From: Octopus vulgaris
Lineage: Eukaryota
Assembly (NCBI GenBank): GCA_951406725.2
Contig: OX597834.1
Coordinates: forward strand, 23,746,001-23,810,000
Reading direction: 5' to 3'
DNA length: 64,000 bases
This document shows, piece after piece, positions 25,301 to 39,000 of the stretch (position 1 is its first letter; each line of letters begins with the position of its first letter). The position numbers and the translations under genes were made by a program. The notes below the pieces were generated by a model. The model was not told the origin of the DNA. It made no database searches and saw only the letters and a program-made list of their open reading frames with translations.

Positions 25301-25865
25301 GAAGAATTAAAATTACTCGGAAAAATCTATCCGAAACCTATCATCCCACACACAAAATTTATTAAAATTATCATTACTATCATAATCTACACTTGCGAAA
25401 ACAATGCCAACAAAACATGTATTTTTCGGGAAATTTATGCAGGAACAAAGTCGATATGCTGGGGCACGAAACTGTAGTAAAGCAGCATTAAAATTATAAG
25501 CATATGCCAAAATATGTTGACTTAGCAGCATCTAAATTTGATGGAAAATCTAGCTATTATTTTTTCTTCTTCCAGATTGAGCAAGAATTCATGAACATAA
25601 TCGCAATCTACACATTAGAAAACGTTCATCCGCAAAATTTCCTGAGAGGAGTTTTTGAAAAAGTTACGAGGAAAGAAACTAGGGCGATTGAGGTGACTAA
25701 GTTGTAGGTATGTCATTTTGGCTACTATTTCTAGCGGACTAAACACCCCTAAGTCCTAACCGAGCAGTTTATAAAAGGTAGGTTGTTATATTAAAGAAAA
25801 ACAAATATTATTGATGAACGAAGAAATGACATTTCAGCGGAAATAATATTAAACTGAAAAGATAC

Positions 25866-26197
25866 CTCGGATAATTCTAGTTGAGTAACGCCGATGTTTG
25901 AATTGGTAGAAAAGTAGCTTGGTCTCCTCTGTCCATTATTAGCTTCCAAGAGTTGGTTAAGAAATATCGCAGACTGTTTGTGTGTGTGTGAGTATAAGTA
26001 GTGTACGTGGGCGTCAAAATAAATGGTTAATTGTACATTGTCAATGGAATTGGTCTGACAGAACACTGTCTTAGAGAAAACCAGCAACACTGGAATCGGT
26101 TGAAATAAATTAGTCTTTCCTGAGAATCACAGTGGAATAATGGTAACTTATTGTTCGGGAACCAAAGCGGAAGTTGAATTATTTGAAATTTCATTGG
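25866..26197 (-). promoter_or_regulatory. Putative promoter and non-coding exon 1 of ZNF-B (diverged module copy)
   Basis: Alignable blocks with the other copies (tgaattgg.aga.agtagcttggtct; gcttccaa; atggaattgg). CCAAT at 26193-26197, ETS-like cggaagt at 26168-26174, donor GAG|GTATCT at 25865-25864. Confidence 0.5.
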
Positions 26198-29100
26198 TCA
26201 ACTGGTAAGATTGGGGCGTTAGTCTTTTTAAACGTGTATTAATTAATACATATATGTGAGTGTGTGTTTATGTTTTCTCTTTGTCAGAAAGGAAAAATTA
26301 GTCGCTGGGCCTCATAGGCCGCCAGGTTCAAAATTCGGAACTCCTCTCCCTTTTCATTTTAACATATGTTGTTTTCTAATGTTTAAAAAAACAAAAAACA
26401 AAAAAACAAACGCACTAAAGTTCTCGTTATAAAGGCAAAAGTAAGCCAAGTTTTCGTTTATGTCATATTATAACTAAATTCTTAAGTCTCATTCGAACTC
26501 TCAAAACATTCTCTGTATTTGTTTGTCTTGTTATGTCCAAATCTATGTAAGATCGTATGATTATAATAAAGATTTTATCTTTTCTCTTTGTCTCAGTCGT
26601 CGTACTGCAGCCAAGCTGGGCACTGCCTTGACGTTATTACTATTTTTAAAGCCTCGTACTTATTCTAAACCAGTGGTTTCCAACCTTTGGTAGACAAAAG
26701 GGATCTGTTCAGTTTGGCGCTCAGATTTTTTTAACTAAACGGTTTGAAACTTCGTATATTGGTGCAATGTCTCACGCAGAACAGTTTACTCCGAACATTT
26801 CTGACAAAATTTGGAATTTTAAAAGTTATTGGTGTTAAAGTTGTTGTATTTCGGTAATTTCAACCAGTCAGCACCGTGTATACGATTGAAGAAAGTTACT
26901 GTTGTTTGTGATAGTAATCAAAGAGGAACAACTTCCGGGTCATCTCAACTAAACGTCACCAACCTGTTCTATTTGTATGCCGAGCGAAAACAATGCCACC
27001 TTTATCCTTTCTAGTCAGCACCGTGCTTTCCTACCTCGTTCCCTCCCTTCTACACTATCAACAAGCAACCAGCGAGCGAACTTGTCACTGCTTCTACAAT
27101 TACCGTATTTTCCGGTGTATAAGTCGCTATTTGTTTTGTTTTACCTCCATGTTTTGATAATGTTATTTTTAATCTAATAAAGACTTTTATATCGATGAAA
27201 TGTGTTTGTTGTTGATTAGAATAAGATAAAATCATGATAATAACAATACATCTCATAGTTGAAAAATAAGGTATTTTGAAACCACATACGTGTCAACAAC
27301 AAAAAAGCTAGCTGCGGAATCATAGCTTTATAGGTCTTTTAAACACAGGTGCGCTTTATGTAGGGATAAAACACTGATGTTGGGCAAATATATGTAAACT
27401 AGCACTATGACCCGGCAACACATTTTCCGCTGTAGTTTTCGCAATTTGCAATCGATGTTCACCAAGCTCATGGTAAAGCTTAATGTTACCCTAAGGAACT
27501 TAATTCTGACGTTAGTTTTCCATGCAATACCTGACCATCAGAAAAAATCGTGAAAATCATGCCATTTTAGGAAATCGCGTTCAAATTCAAGATGACATAT
27601 TTTCGACAATATCTTTAACAAATTGGCAGGAATTTTTCTTGAAATTCACAGCGATCATTATGTCTGCTCCAAGGAGCTATATGGCCCTTTTTATTCCAAT
27701 AGGATACGTTATTACTGGAAAAAATCGGTTAATTACATCCTTCAAAACTTCCATGCTTTCTGAGATTCGCCAACACTACACCTGATTTTCTCCCCTCATA
27801 CACACACAGGCATGTATCTGACTCATACATTGTTCGCTTTCCAGACATTTTAACATTACTGCATGTACTTTATATGCACTTTCTGACAAGTTGTGGTGCA
27901 CCTGAGCACTGTATACAATAATTTCATTATCATTATCATATGTGGCACACATAGCAAAACGATTTGTGTATTGAACACAAATCACAGACGGTCTAGGGGA
28001 CGCAACTCATCCTTCTTTAACCCTCTTAATCAAACAACTATCGATAATTCAACCCACAGGAGGAAATCTAGACTTAATCTTCAAGGTATCCCACATACAA
28101 ACCAAAGATTACATCGAAACCTCCAGACTAACCTAAGTTTTGGTGAACCAATATATATTCCTCCATTTTCTTATTATATATATATATATATTGGCGGAGG
28201 TCGGGGACTGATTTTCTACATTCAGTAAATAAATACGAAAACCCTCTGCTATTATACCCGTCTCACCCGACGGGTGTAATAGCAAAAATTTACCAACTAA
28301 AGTAAATGAAGAACACAACACAATAAATACAGACAGCAGTGGGATTCGAACCCACTTTTCTTGTTATTACAAGAAATATCATAAAGGAAATCGAAACAAT
28401 GCCGCGATTTGTGTCGTAATAAAATTAGCGCAATCTTTAATATAGATTATCTATTTAGCAATTAATATCCATATACATGAAAAATAAATGAACGATAAGC
28501 AGTAATAACATTATTAAAGCTAATATTTGTCTTTGGTTTAATCTAAAACGTATAAGGAAATGTTTACGACAGTCAGAAACTGAAGCATCAAACACGTGGA
28601 GTGTTTAAACATCCAGGACCGGAGGCAAGTTCAAGGTTTTTGTTACTATTAGTTTCCCTTTTTTTATATTACATCAATATTATTTATTATTTTTATATAA
28701 GCATTTACTGAATCTTGTCGTCTTTGACATAGTGAGAGGTTGTTGTAAGGCAATATAACTCTTTATCGCTTCAGTATTATGAATGGGTTTAATTTTTGTA
28801 CAAGTAGTCTTATCATAATCGTATATGAAAGTGGATTTAATATGTGTTTGAAGAAAGAAATTTGCCCAAGTCACCGTACAGTAGAGTCGAACCCTAGTCC
28901 TCATAGTTACGAAATGTTTTTGACTGTATAATAAGCAGAAATGGTTTGCAATTCCGCCGGATATATCGTATCTAATTGAAAGGGTCAGAGATTTTGACGC
29001 GAGCAATATATATATATATATATCTGGCATATATATATTGGTAAAAACGGTAAGATAACAAAAGAAAGAAAGAGACCTCAATATTATGTAAATAGAGAAA

Positions 29101-29551
29101 ATTTATCTATAAAATAATGTTACATAACTCAATAGTCACATTACTCTTGACTATTGAGTAATGTAACATTATTTTATATATATATATTGCAGTGAAATGC
29201 TGGAACTATCAGTCCCCAAAATCGTGTACAAGTATAAACAATATAATTATGTACATACTAAAAAATTTATTACCTCTTATCTGTTCTAATAAATGATTTG
29301 TACATATTTCCATGTGTAGTTTATTTGATTTTCCTCTTTAGTAGTAGTTTTTTGGTGTTTTTTTTAAAATTTCATGCCTTTGAATATGTTTGCTGGGACT
29401 AGTGTAAAGTCAGATAAATCAACTGAAGTTTAGGTTTATTTTTTCCATTAATTTCTTTAAAAAATAATGCAGAGTCAAAAAAGACGTAACTCAAATTATG
29501 TAAGTTGAGCTATCCCTGTAATATATATAAATGTATATGTATGTATATATA

Positions 29552-29588
<37 letters not shown>

Positions 29589-29658
29589 GTAGGTCCCGGG
29601 TTGAGTCGGGGTTTTAACCACAGTAAATAAGGTACTCAATACATAGCAGAGTAACTTA

Positions 29659-29774
29659 ATTTATTTTATAGAAGGAGCTTCTACAGGACTAGAACTGTTT
29701 CATTCAAATGAAATCATCCTGATGATTTCATTTGAATGAAACAGTTCTAGTCCTGTAGAAGCTCCTTCTATAAA

Positions 29775-29780
<6 letters not shown>
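29659..29780. repeat. Perfect palindrome (60-bp arms, 2-nt loop) between (TA)n tracts
   Basis: 29659-29718 is the reverse complement of 29721-29780. Confidence 0.9.
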
Positions 29781-29826
<46 letters not shown>

Positions 29827-30053
29827 ACTTTCTATTCCTGAGCGTTATACTAATACATCTGTTTGTTTTGTACACCACCTGTCTTCGTCTTTTGTTTTTT
29901 TCTTAAACTCTCCCTATATATATATATGTATATATATATGATGAATTTTCTTGCAAACTTGTATATGTAATAAACTTTGTTTATCGTTGTAGCTGACCCT
30001 ACCATACAGTTTTAGTGTGGGTTTTATACTGACTTTGTACTTAGCTACACAGT

Positions 30054-33000
30054 ATGGAGGTGAACACCATGGATTTATTAGCAGCTAACGAGGATGATTT
30101 GAAAGAAGCAGAGATAAGTGACAGTGAAGATGTTCAGGTGAGTAAATTTATTCAATACAAGTTTTTCATTACAGTTGTTTACCATGGTCAATATGGCAAA
30201 AGAAACAAATGGGTGGGGACTTAGATCGCACAGATGAAAAGTTAATTCGGATCTTTTCCTTTTGAACGGCAGTTTTCAACACAATTTCTAGTTAACTAAA
30301 CACTTTTAAACTTCGTGTACTGGTAGAATGTGTCAAAATAAAACATTTTTTTCTCTTGGCTTAGGGTTAGTGACAGGATGTTGTCTCAGTTTTAGACGCA
30401 GCAAATGATTTTAGCTCAATAGAGGCGATAGGATTGGTTAAAATTCGAAAAATTAAACTACGTTAAACTTACAAATAACAATTTTCTCTAGGAACCCAAG
30501 AGAAAAAATGTTTTATTTTGACACATTCTACCAGTATACGAAGTTTAAAAGTGTCTAGTTAACTAGAAATTGTGTTGAAAACTGCCGTTCAGAAGGAAAA
30601 GATCCGTTAATTCTGTTAAAGCCAAGACTAGAGTCAGTACACAAAATTTTCGACCGCCATCAGCCCAACCAGTTGGGGAGGCATACCTTGCAGCTCCAGA
30701 TTCCTTTAGAGCACATCTCCCTGTCCACAATATTCCAACATTTTTATGACACAGTATTCCAGCTTTACCATTTTACATTACATATTGATTCTATTATTGA
30801 TGTCTCTTATTACATAAGATCATCATGATCATTATTTAATATCTGTTTTCCATACAGGAGTGGGTTAGATGGTTTAACCCTTTCATTACCGTATTTATTT
30901 TGAGATGCTCTGTATTTCTTTTAATTGATTCTGAATTGATAAAGAATTTAGTAAAACAGCTTAGTTATCATTAAGCTGATGTAAGGAACATAAATTGTGA
31001 CTAAGGTTTGGTGGAAGATTTTAATTCAAAACTTATGAAAACAAGACATTTATACTACAGAGCCAGAGGCGGTTTCAGCCGGGTTGGTATTGAAAGGGTT
31101 AACAGGAGCTGATAAGTCGAAGAGAATCACTGATAAGAACGATGTCATCAGCAAAGTCAGTGTCTGTTAAGTGTTCAGCTGGGTGTCTGGAACTTCTAGG
31201 TTTTATTTCAAAGCTCTTACCAGAAATGGTATCAACTGACATACGTACAAATATATGGGAAATTACCACCTGTATCATCTCTTGTTATAGGAATGTGGGA
31301 ATATTGTGTTTAGGAAATTATTGTAATTCATGTGGAATATTGTGTATGATTATAAAAATATCAGAATACTCTTAGAATGTTGGAGTGCTGTGTGCTTCCT
31401 GGCCTGAATATTTTGTAGCTACCACATCTGATAATGGGTACTAGTAGCGTAGACTGGACCCGGTTTGCGCACACGCGCGTCTGCGCTAGCCAGACGTAGG
31501 CAGTCGATCCTACGAGCTGACTGGCGCATGCACGATATATACTTGTATCGATATATACTTGTATCACACGTCCCCGATTCGTGCGCGCGAATCGGGGACG
31601 GCGATACAAGTATTTATCGTATATATACAAGTATATATCGTGCATGCGCCAATCAGCTCGTAGGATCGACTACCTACGTCTGGCTAGCGCGGACGTGCGT
31701 GTGCGCAAACCGGGTCCAATCTACGCTACTAGTACCCTGATAATGTATGGAGATTATAATGTTTGGGGACTCACCCACCGAAAAGAAGAGGGTAAATTAA
31801 ACCATCAGTAAAAACGAAAAATAATGTATTCTCTGGTTTTTCAGTAGTTTTATCATTTTTCTTTTCTTTTTGTCTTGTAGGGTGTGGATGATGACAGAAC
31901 AAGGAAAAGACTCATAGACTCAGTTCTTGCTCTTAACAACAAAAAGTAAGTATTTATATTAATTTCCTTTGAGAGATTTTGTGTGTCATTGCTGTGTTAG
32001 CTAAATACATTTGTGATAGAACAAAATAGAATTAATTTTAGGGTGAGTTAAAAAGCATGATTTAAAATTAAAAACTAAAGCAAGCTATAATAGAATAATT
32101 GTATGAAATGGAATTAATTTTAGGACAAACTTGAACGGCTAAAATCACTACATAGTTGTTATTGAACAATGTGGGAAATGTGGAAGGAATACTATACATG
32201 GTATTAATAGAAAATTGTGATGTTCATGGTTTTACAAAAGAATTTGACATGTAAGTGAAGGGAGCAGTTTTAAGCAAGAATTTGAAATATATCTTTGGAT
32301 TTGTTAACCTCATCTGTATTGATTTAATTGAATTGTAAAAATTGAACATTTATTCTAGGTGTTATATTCTCTGTTATCTGTATTAGCCTTTGGCCTGTGG
32401 TACACTGTTAATTTTGCATAATTAGATAACTGTTTTATTGAAAGACCTTCTATGTGGTTACTCTAACTTCTAGAAACAACAGTCAAATTACATTACTGTC
32501 TTAGATAAGAAAGGATACATTTGATGACTGGTCTTGGACGTTATCAAAGAAGCTTGAGAGGCGGTTGGATGGAACTTACACTCGCCTCCTTATGAGAGCT
32601 CATAATCTCTCGTGGAAGTGTCATCCAGCCAAAGTACAAATATATGGGAAATTACCACCTGTATCATCTCTTGTGAAAGGTAGAAGAATCCATATAACAA
32701 AAAGGTCTGCTTGATGAGGACCAACCTGGCAATTCTACCAATACAAATCTTTCATAGAAGAGAAACTTTATAGATTCAGTTTTTCAATTTGTGTAAATTA
32801 TTCTCATTCAGGGCTCGCTACAACCAGAGGACTGTGGTTGGCAAAAATGTCTCAGAATTCAACTTTGGAGCAGCAAATGGTAGGTGACCGATTTGTTTAT
32901 GTTGGTTCTTTAATTTTGGCCCTTGAAACCATTTTTGATCCCTACTTTTTAAAAAAAATTATTTTGTAAGAGGAACAGCTGTTGCATGAATTGTTCTCCC

Positions 33001-36000
33001 TTCTCCAGTAAGGTTACTGCTTCTTGACAAGAGTCACTAAAAGGCAAAATTGACTTAGAATTAAAATGTTAGAAAGCATTTACCCAGTCTGACTCTTTAT
33101 CTTTAGCTATTTTTAGCAGGCTTAATTGTTTAGCTCCAGGTCAGCCTGGATTCAGTACGGGATTCAAGCCTCTTCTCCCTATCTCCTCAAAGACATACAT
33201 CATCTCGAAAGAGTCCAGAAGCTGGCTACCCGCAAGGTTATTGGTCTCAAGCATTTGTCTTATGAAGAAAGGCTGAAGACGCTCAACCTTTATTCTCTAG
33301 AAAAACGACGACACCGTGGTGATCTAATTCTTGTTCACAACATCATAAGCGGAAAGTGTAACCTCTCGAAAGAGCTGTTCTTCACTCCTGCTTCAGTGTC
33401 AAGCAATGCTAGGGGGACAAACACAGACACACACACACACATACATATATATTTATATACATATATACGACAGGCTTTCTTCCGGGTTGCTGTCTCCGTG
33501 GAATCCACTCACAAGGCATTGGTCGGCCCTCGGGCTATAACAGAAGACACTTGCCCAAGATGCCACGCAGTGTGACTGAACCTGGAACCATGTGGTTGGT
33601 TACAAGGCCTTGCTTTTGACTTACCACACAGCCACTCCTGTAACAGCTGTAACAATTTCATTTAGATACAGTAAATCTACAACTAAATCCAATGTATCAT
33701 TCTTTTTTTAAGGTTGTAGAGTGTAATTTGATTGCAAGTTGTCAGAGCCATTAGAATGTTGGATAGGATACCTCATAGTGTTAGTTCCAAGGTCACCCTT
33801 ACTTTCCATTTTTGGGGGATTGATGAAAAAGTTCCAATCCATGGTGGTGGCTTAGTCAACCTACATGTCGGACAGGTACCTAGTATTTGTTCAGGCTGTT
33901 TGTGTTCTGACAGTAACCACCTGCAATTGTACTGATTTCATGTTTCATTAAGTTTACCTCTCCCATGCAACATCATCAGGGAGGAGAGGAGAGGCTTCCA
34001 TGCATGAGCAACTGCTAGCCTTCCACAGGAAACCTTGTTGAGGTTTGCTTCTTAAACTGGGGGCTTTCTGAGTACAGAAACCTATGGTCAGGAGATTTTA
34101 AGATGGTTGGGGATGATTTGAGGAAGACTTTTGTGCTGTTTCTTCTTCTTACAGCATTCACCCGGGGTGGATTGAGCTAGCTTCATTCATCCTCAATGCT
34201 GCATCTCTCACAAACGCCGACCAAGCCTGGCAATTTGAGGCTAACGACCGCGTGATCTCCAACCACTCCTTATTCCAGCGGCGAATGCCGTAGATATGGG
34301 GGCCTAGGTTGGGTTCCAAATCATCCTTGACTGTCATCAGCCAGGTTTTTCGTTGTCCACCACATCGCTTTCACCAACCTTGAAGGGGAGCTGGGGCAAT
34401 TGCTTCATAGATGAATTCTCCTGGTTGACGATGGAGAGCATGACCCAGCCAACGCAGACGTCTCGTTAGGATAGCATGTTTTGTGCTGTTTCTAGTCAGT
34501 CAAATGAATATAGAAACTCCCATAGTCATAGGCAAGAAATCAGTCCAATAAAGTTCATAAAATGGAAGAAGATTGAGTATAGTTAGGGATGGCAAAAGGA
34601 ATTTTGATATTTCAGAGGAACGTTTGCTAGAGAATGATTTAAAAATGTGTTAAGTGGCTGTATATAGGGCTGAGAGTGAGAGATTAATAGGTACTGAGAT
34701 AGGCTGGTGGACAAATGAGAAGCAGACATATAAATGAGAGAGAAGATTTATAGATTGATAGACAGACAAAAATATGAAGAGTAAAGGATTAAGGCGAGGG
34801 GTAATAATAGATAGATGAAAATAGTGTTAAGTAGACAGATAAATGAAAAGGAGATGAAAAAAAGTATTATAAACTGACAGACAAAAAGACAAATGGCTAA
34901 TGGGATAGCAATGGCAGTCAACTTCTGTTATTTGAGCCACCCATGTACACTTATATGTCTACCAGTATCTCTTTTTCTTGTTACTTAAGTTGATACCTCT
35001 GGCAAACCCAGTTATTTATTTCACAAGCATTCATTCAAACTTTCACAACTTAGTTACACACATTCAGTGGACTCTGCTCAGCTCATTTCTCTTTTGTTGC
35101 TGCAGATATTTAACATCACCATCGGGTCTTGAACACTTTTATTTGTATCATAGGAAAAGATGTAATGCCTGACTTACACCACCATTTTTTAACAGATTTC
35201 CTTCCATTATACATGAGTAAAAGAATGATTTTTTTTTTAATGAATTTCTGAGATGAGGAATTATCATTATTTACTGATATATTCAAACCAGTATCTTCCT
35301 CTACAATATTTCAGCTCCTGTACCAGCCATCCTTCTTCAGGTGCCTCTGGTGTTCAGTATATCAGTGTATAATAACAAAATGGTTGTTTATAATTAAATA
35401 TCAGTAATGTTTTGATAAATACTTATTAAGTGTTCTCATTTTTATCATTGTTTTAATGAGTTTCTTTTCTTGTGGTTTATTTTCTGTGAAGCCCTTAGCA
35501 AAGTCCACATTCAAGACTTGGTACAGTCTTTGAAAGATAAAACCAGTAAGAAAAAGCTAGCGAAAACTTTGAGGAATATCCAGGGAAAGAGGAATGTGAT
35601 TAGAGAACCATTACTTAAACATGAAAAAGAGAAGGTAATAATTTGTATTGAGCTTTTGCAACAGTAAATCTACGTATATAGGCATGTGGATCCTTGGATA
35701 AATGTAAAAGATTCTAAAAAACAATAAAAATTCTTCATAAAAAAAAAACATGTTTTTAATATAACATGTTTGAAAGAAAAGTATGTATGTATCTGTGGCT
35801 TTATGGTTAAGAAGCTTGATTCCTGACCATGTAGTCTCAGGTCCAGTCCTTCTGTGTGACACCTTGGGTATGTGTCTTCTATTTTTGTCCCAGATTTGAA
35901 GATGCCCAACGTGTGTGTGTGTGTGTGTGTGTGTAGCGTAGCCTTGACATCATGTGGATATTGTAAACAGGTATCACCTCATAGAATGTTTGTTTCTAGT

Positions 36001-39000
36001 CTTTTGTGAAAAACATGTCTGGTCATAGAGAGAAAGTAAGGATTGGTGACAGAAAGGTTTTTGACTGTAGAAAAGAAACCTCAACAAATTTTGTCTGACT
36101 CATGCAACCATGGAAAAGTAGGCATCAAACAATGATGATGATGATATGAGTGTTTGTTCATGCACTTACATGTGTCCATGTGGCTTTTTTTACACTGAGC
36201 TACAAATGGTGGTCTTGTTGTCGAGGACCCTTTGACAGAGTACAGGTGTAGTTTTGAGGGGAATGACTTTATACCAGGTATTGAGAGGCTAAAGTATGGT
36301 ACAGTGACAGATACAGGTGTCTTGCTATAGAGGAAATACATGTCTACTTCACATTATATAAGGGTGTGTGGGAGAAGGTGAAAAGAAAACAAAGATGGCG
36401 AGGAGGTGTCAGAGTGTACTTTCAAGATACAAGAAGGTGAGTATAAGAGAAAATATGGACAGGATTGGGAAGGGCAGATGGATATGTTCATTAAAGTGAA
36501 GGCGGTGAGCTGGCAGAAACATTAGCACACCGGGTGAAATGCTTAGCGGTATTTTGTCTGCCCCCTCTGTGTTTAGCCCCTTGTGGGTAATAAAGAAATA
36601 GGTATTTCGTCTGCCATTACGTTCTGAGTTCAAATTCCGCCAAGGTCAACTTTGCCTTTCATCCTTTTGAGGTCGATAAATTAAGTACCAGTTATGCACA
36701 GGGGTTGATATAATCGACTTAATCTGTCAGTCTGTCCTTGTTTGTCCCCTCCACGTTTAGCCCCTTGTGGGTAGTAAAGAAATAGGATATGTTCATTAAA
36801 GTGTGAGAGGAAAATAACAAATGGTTAGAGATTCAAGTTGAGGTGAATGTGTAGTGAATGATGAGCAAGGTGGAGGTGTGGTTGCTGATACATACCATAC
36901 ATACACAATATTTCCATGACAATATGATTATATTTTCTTAATAAATCAGAAGGCACAGATGTGGCAGTGTGGTTAAGAAGTTTGCTTTGCATCCACATCG
37001 TCTCAGGTTTAGCCTGATTGTGTGATATTTTGAGCGAGTGTCATCTGCCTATATCAGGCTGAACAATGCCTTGTGGGTAGAATCAGTAGAAACTGTATCA
37101 AAATCTATCATCATTGTTTTGACAGCTACTTCTCTGTGTTTGAATGTATTAGAGTTTGTTGAAGCATTATTTCCTCATGGAAGACTAGAGATGAACTACT
37201 TCTCTTGTATGATGGTGACACTTATTTAGAGCCATCACATGATGTCATGACAAGGGGGGGACACACACGCATGCACGCGCGGGGCTTCTTTCAGTTTCCA
37301 ACTACCAAATCCACTCAAAAGGCTGGTTCAAACTATAGTAGAAGTCTGAAATCACATGTTTTAGAAGCAATCTTCTTTACCACACAGCTATGCCTGTGCC
37401 CGTTGTGTTATGTGTGTGTGTGCATGAATGTTGATAATAACTCGTGTTTACCGGACTGTTTTAAAATAGTTCAGTTATTTTTTCTATTTCAAACTATAAA
37501 ATATATCCTTTTTTTTTTTCTTTTTTACATAAACTAATTTAAAATCTTTCATTTCACAGATTGACCGAGCTACTGCATTCACTAAAACCTGTGAAGAACT
37601 GTCAATGTGGGACAATGTAGTTTGGGATAACCGTAAGGTATGTTCTGGGACAGTACCTTGTGCTCATCTCTTGAGTTTCTTTTCTTTTTGTTATGAAATC
37701 TTTTTCCTCCTGCATAAAGTTACACACACACACACACACATAATTTTCTTGTTTTTATTCTTTGCTCCACTTCATTTTTGTTCTCCTTATGGCAGTCAAG
37801 TGAAGGTTTGTGGCCTTGTGGTTAGGTCGTTAGGGTTCATGGAGTTAATTTTCAGACCGGGCAACACATTGTATTCTTGAGCAAGACATTTCATTTCTCT
37901 TTGCTCCAGACCACTCAACTAAAAATATGTACCAGTAGCAGTTGGGATTTCTCCTTGTGACAGACTGGAAACCTGTTCAGGAGGAAGTCTTGAAGTCTCA
38001 CTTAACTGAATTCCTTGGAGACCCATATTAGCTCTGTCTCCATAAGCTTGGAAGCCCAAGGCAGACTTTATTTATGGCAGTCAACTTCTGTTATTTGAGC
38101 CACCCATGTACACTATATGTCTACCAGTATCTCCTTTTCTTGTTACTTAAGTTGATACCTCTGGTAAACCCAGTTATTTATTTCACAAGCATTCATTCAA
38201 ACTTTCACAACTTAGTTATACACATTCAGTGGACTCTGCTCAGCTCATTTCTCTTTTGTTGCTGCAGATATTTAACACCACCATCACCATTGGGTCTTGA
38301 ATGCTTTTATTTGTATCGTAGGAAAAGATGTAATGCCTGACTTACACCACCACTTTTTAACAGATTTCCTTCTGTTATATTGCTGATCTTGTGTCTTGCA
38401 CACATTGAACTTGTAGAATCCATTAAGGGCTGGGCATTAGCTAATTCAGTCTCACCTGTTTGGAAGCATGCATGGAAGTCATGGGTGGTATTCCTCTTAC
38501 TCCGACCAATTTATTTATTTAAAAGAATTACACACACCCGATGGGATTTCCATGTATGAGTGCCTTAGTGGTTCAAGAAACCACCTACTTACTGAACTAT
38601 GGAGTAAGAGGCTGAATATTCCACAGACACATATACTATTTGCATAATTTTCAGGCAGATTCAACATATTTCCATCTACAAGGTAGCCTCTATATTGATT
38701 CATTCTGCTATATACTGCAGCCATACTACCTTAAAAAAAAGTAAGACATTACATAATGGTCTTCCTAGATACACTATTGAATGAAAAAAGGACAAGGTGG
38801 TCATTGATGGAATGTCTTTGACCACAAGTCTATTTGATCAAGTCTGACATAGTCATAGAGTTAATCAGTAACAAAGTTGGGTCTTTAAATTGTAGGATTT
38901 GTCTCACCAATAGGCTGCCACCCTATTTCTATCTCTTTTCACTCTCAAAGCTTGAGTTGACCTGAAGTTATGGTAAAACTCTTGCCAATGATGCCATATA

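Noticed and set aside
28336-28353. Isolated B-box (gtgggttcgaatcccac on -)
   Set aside because: No A-box or cloverleaf could be built around it.
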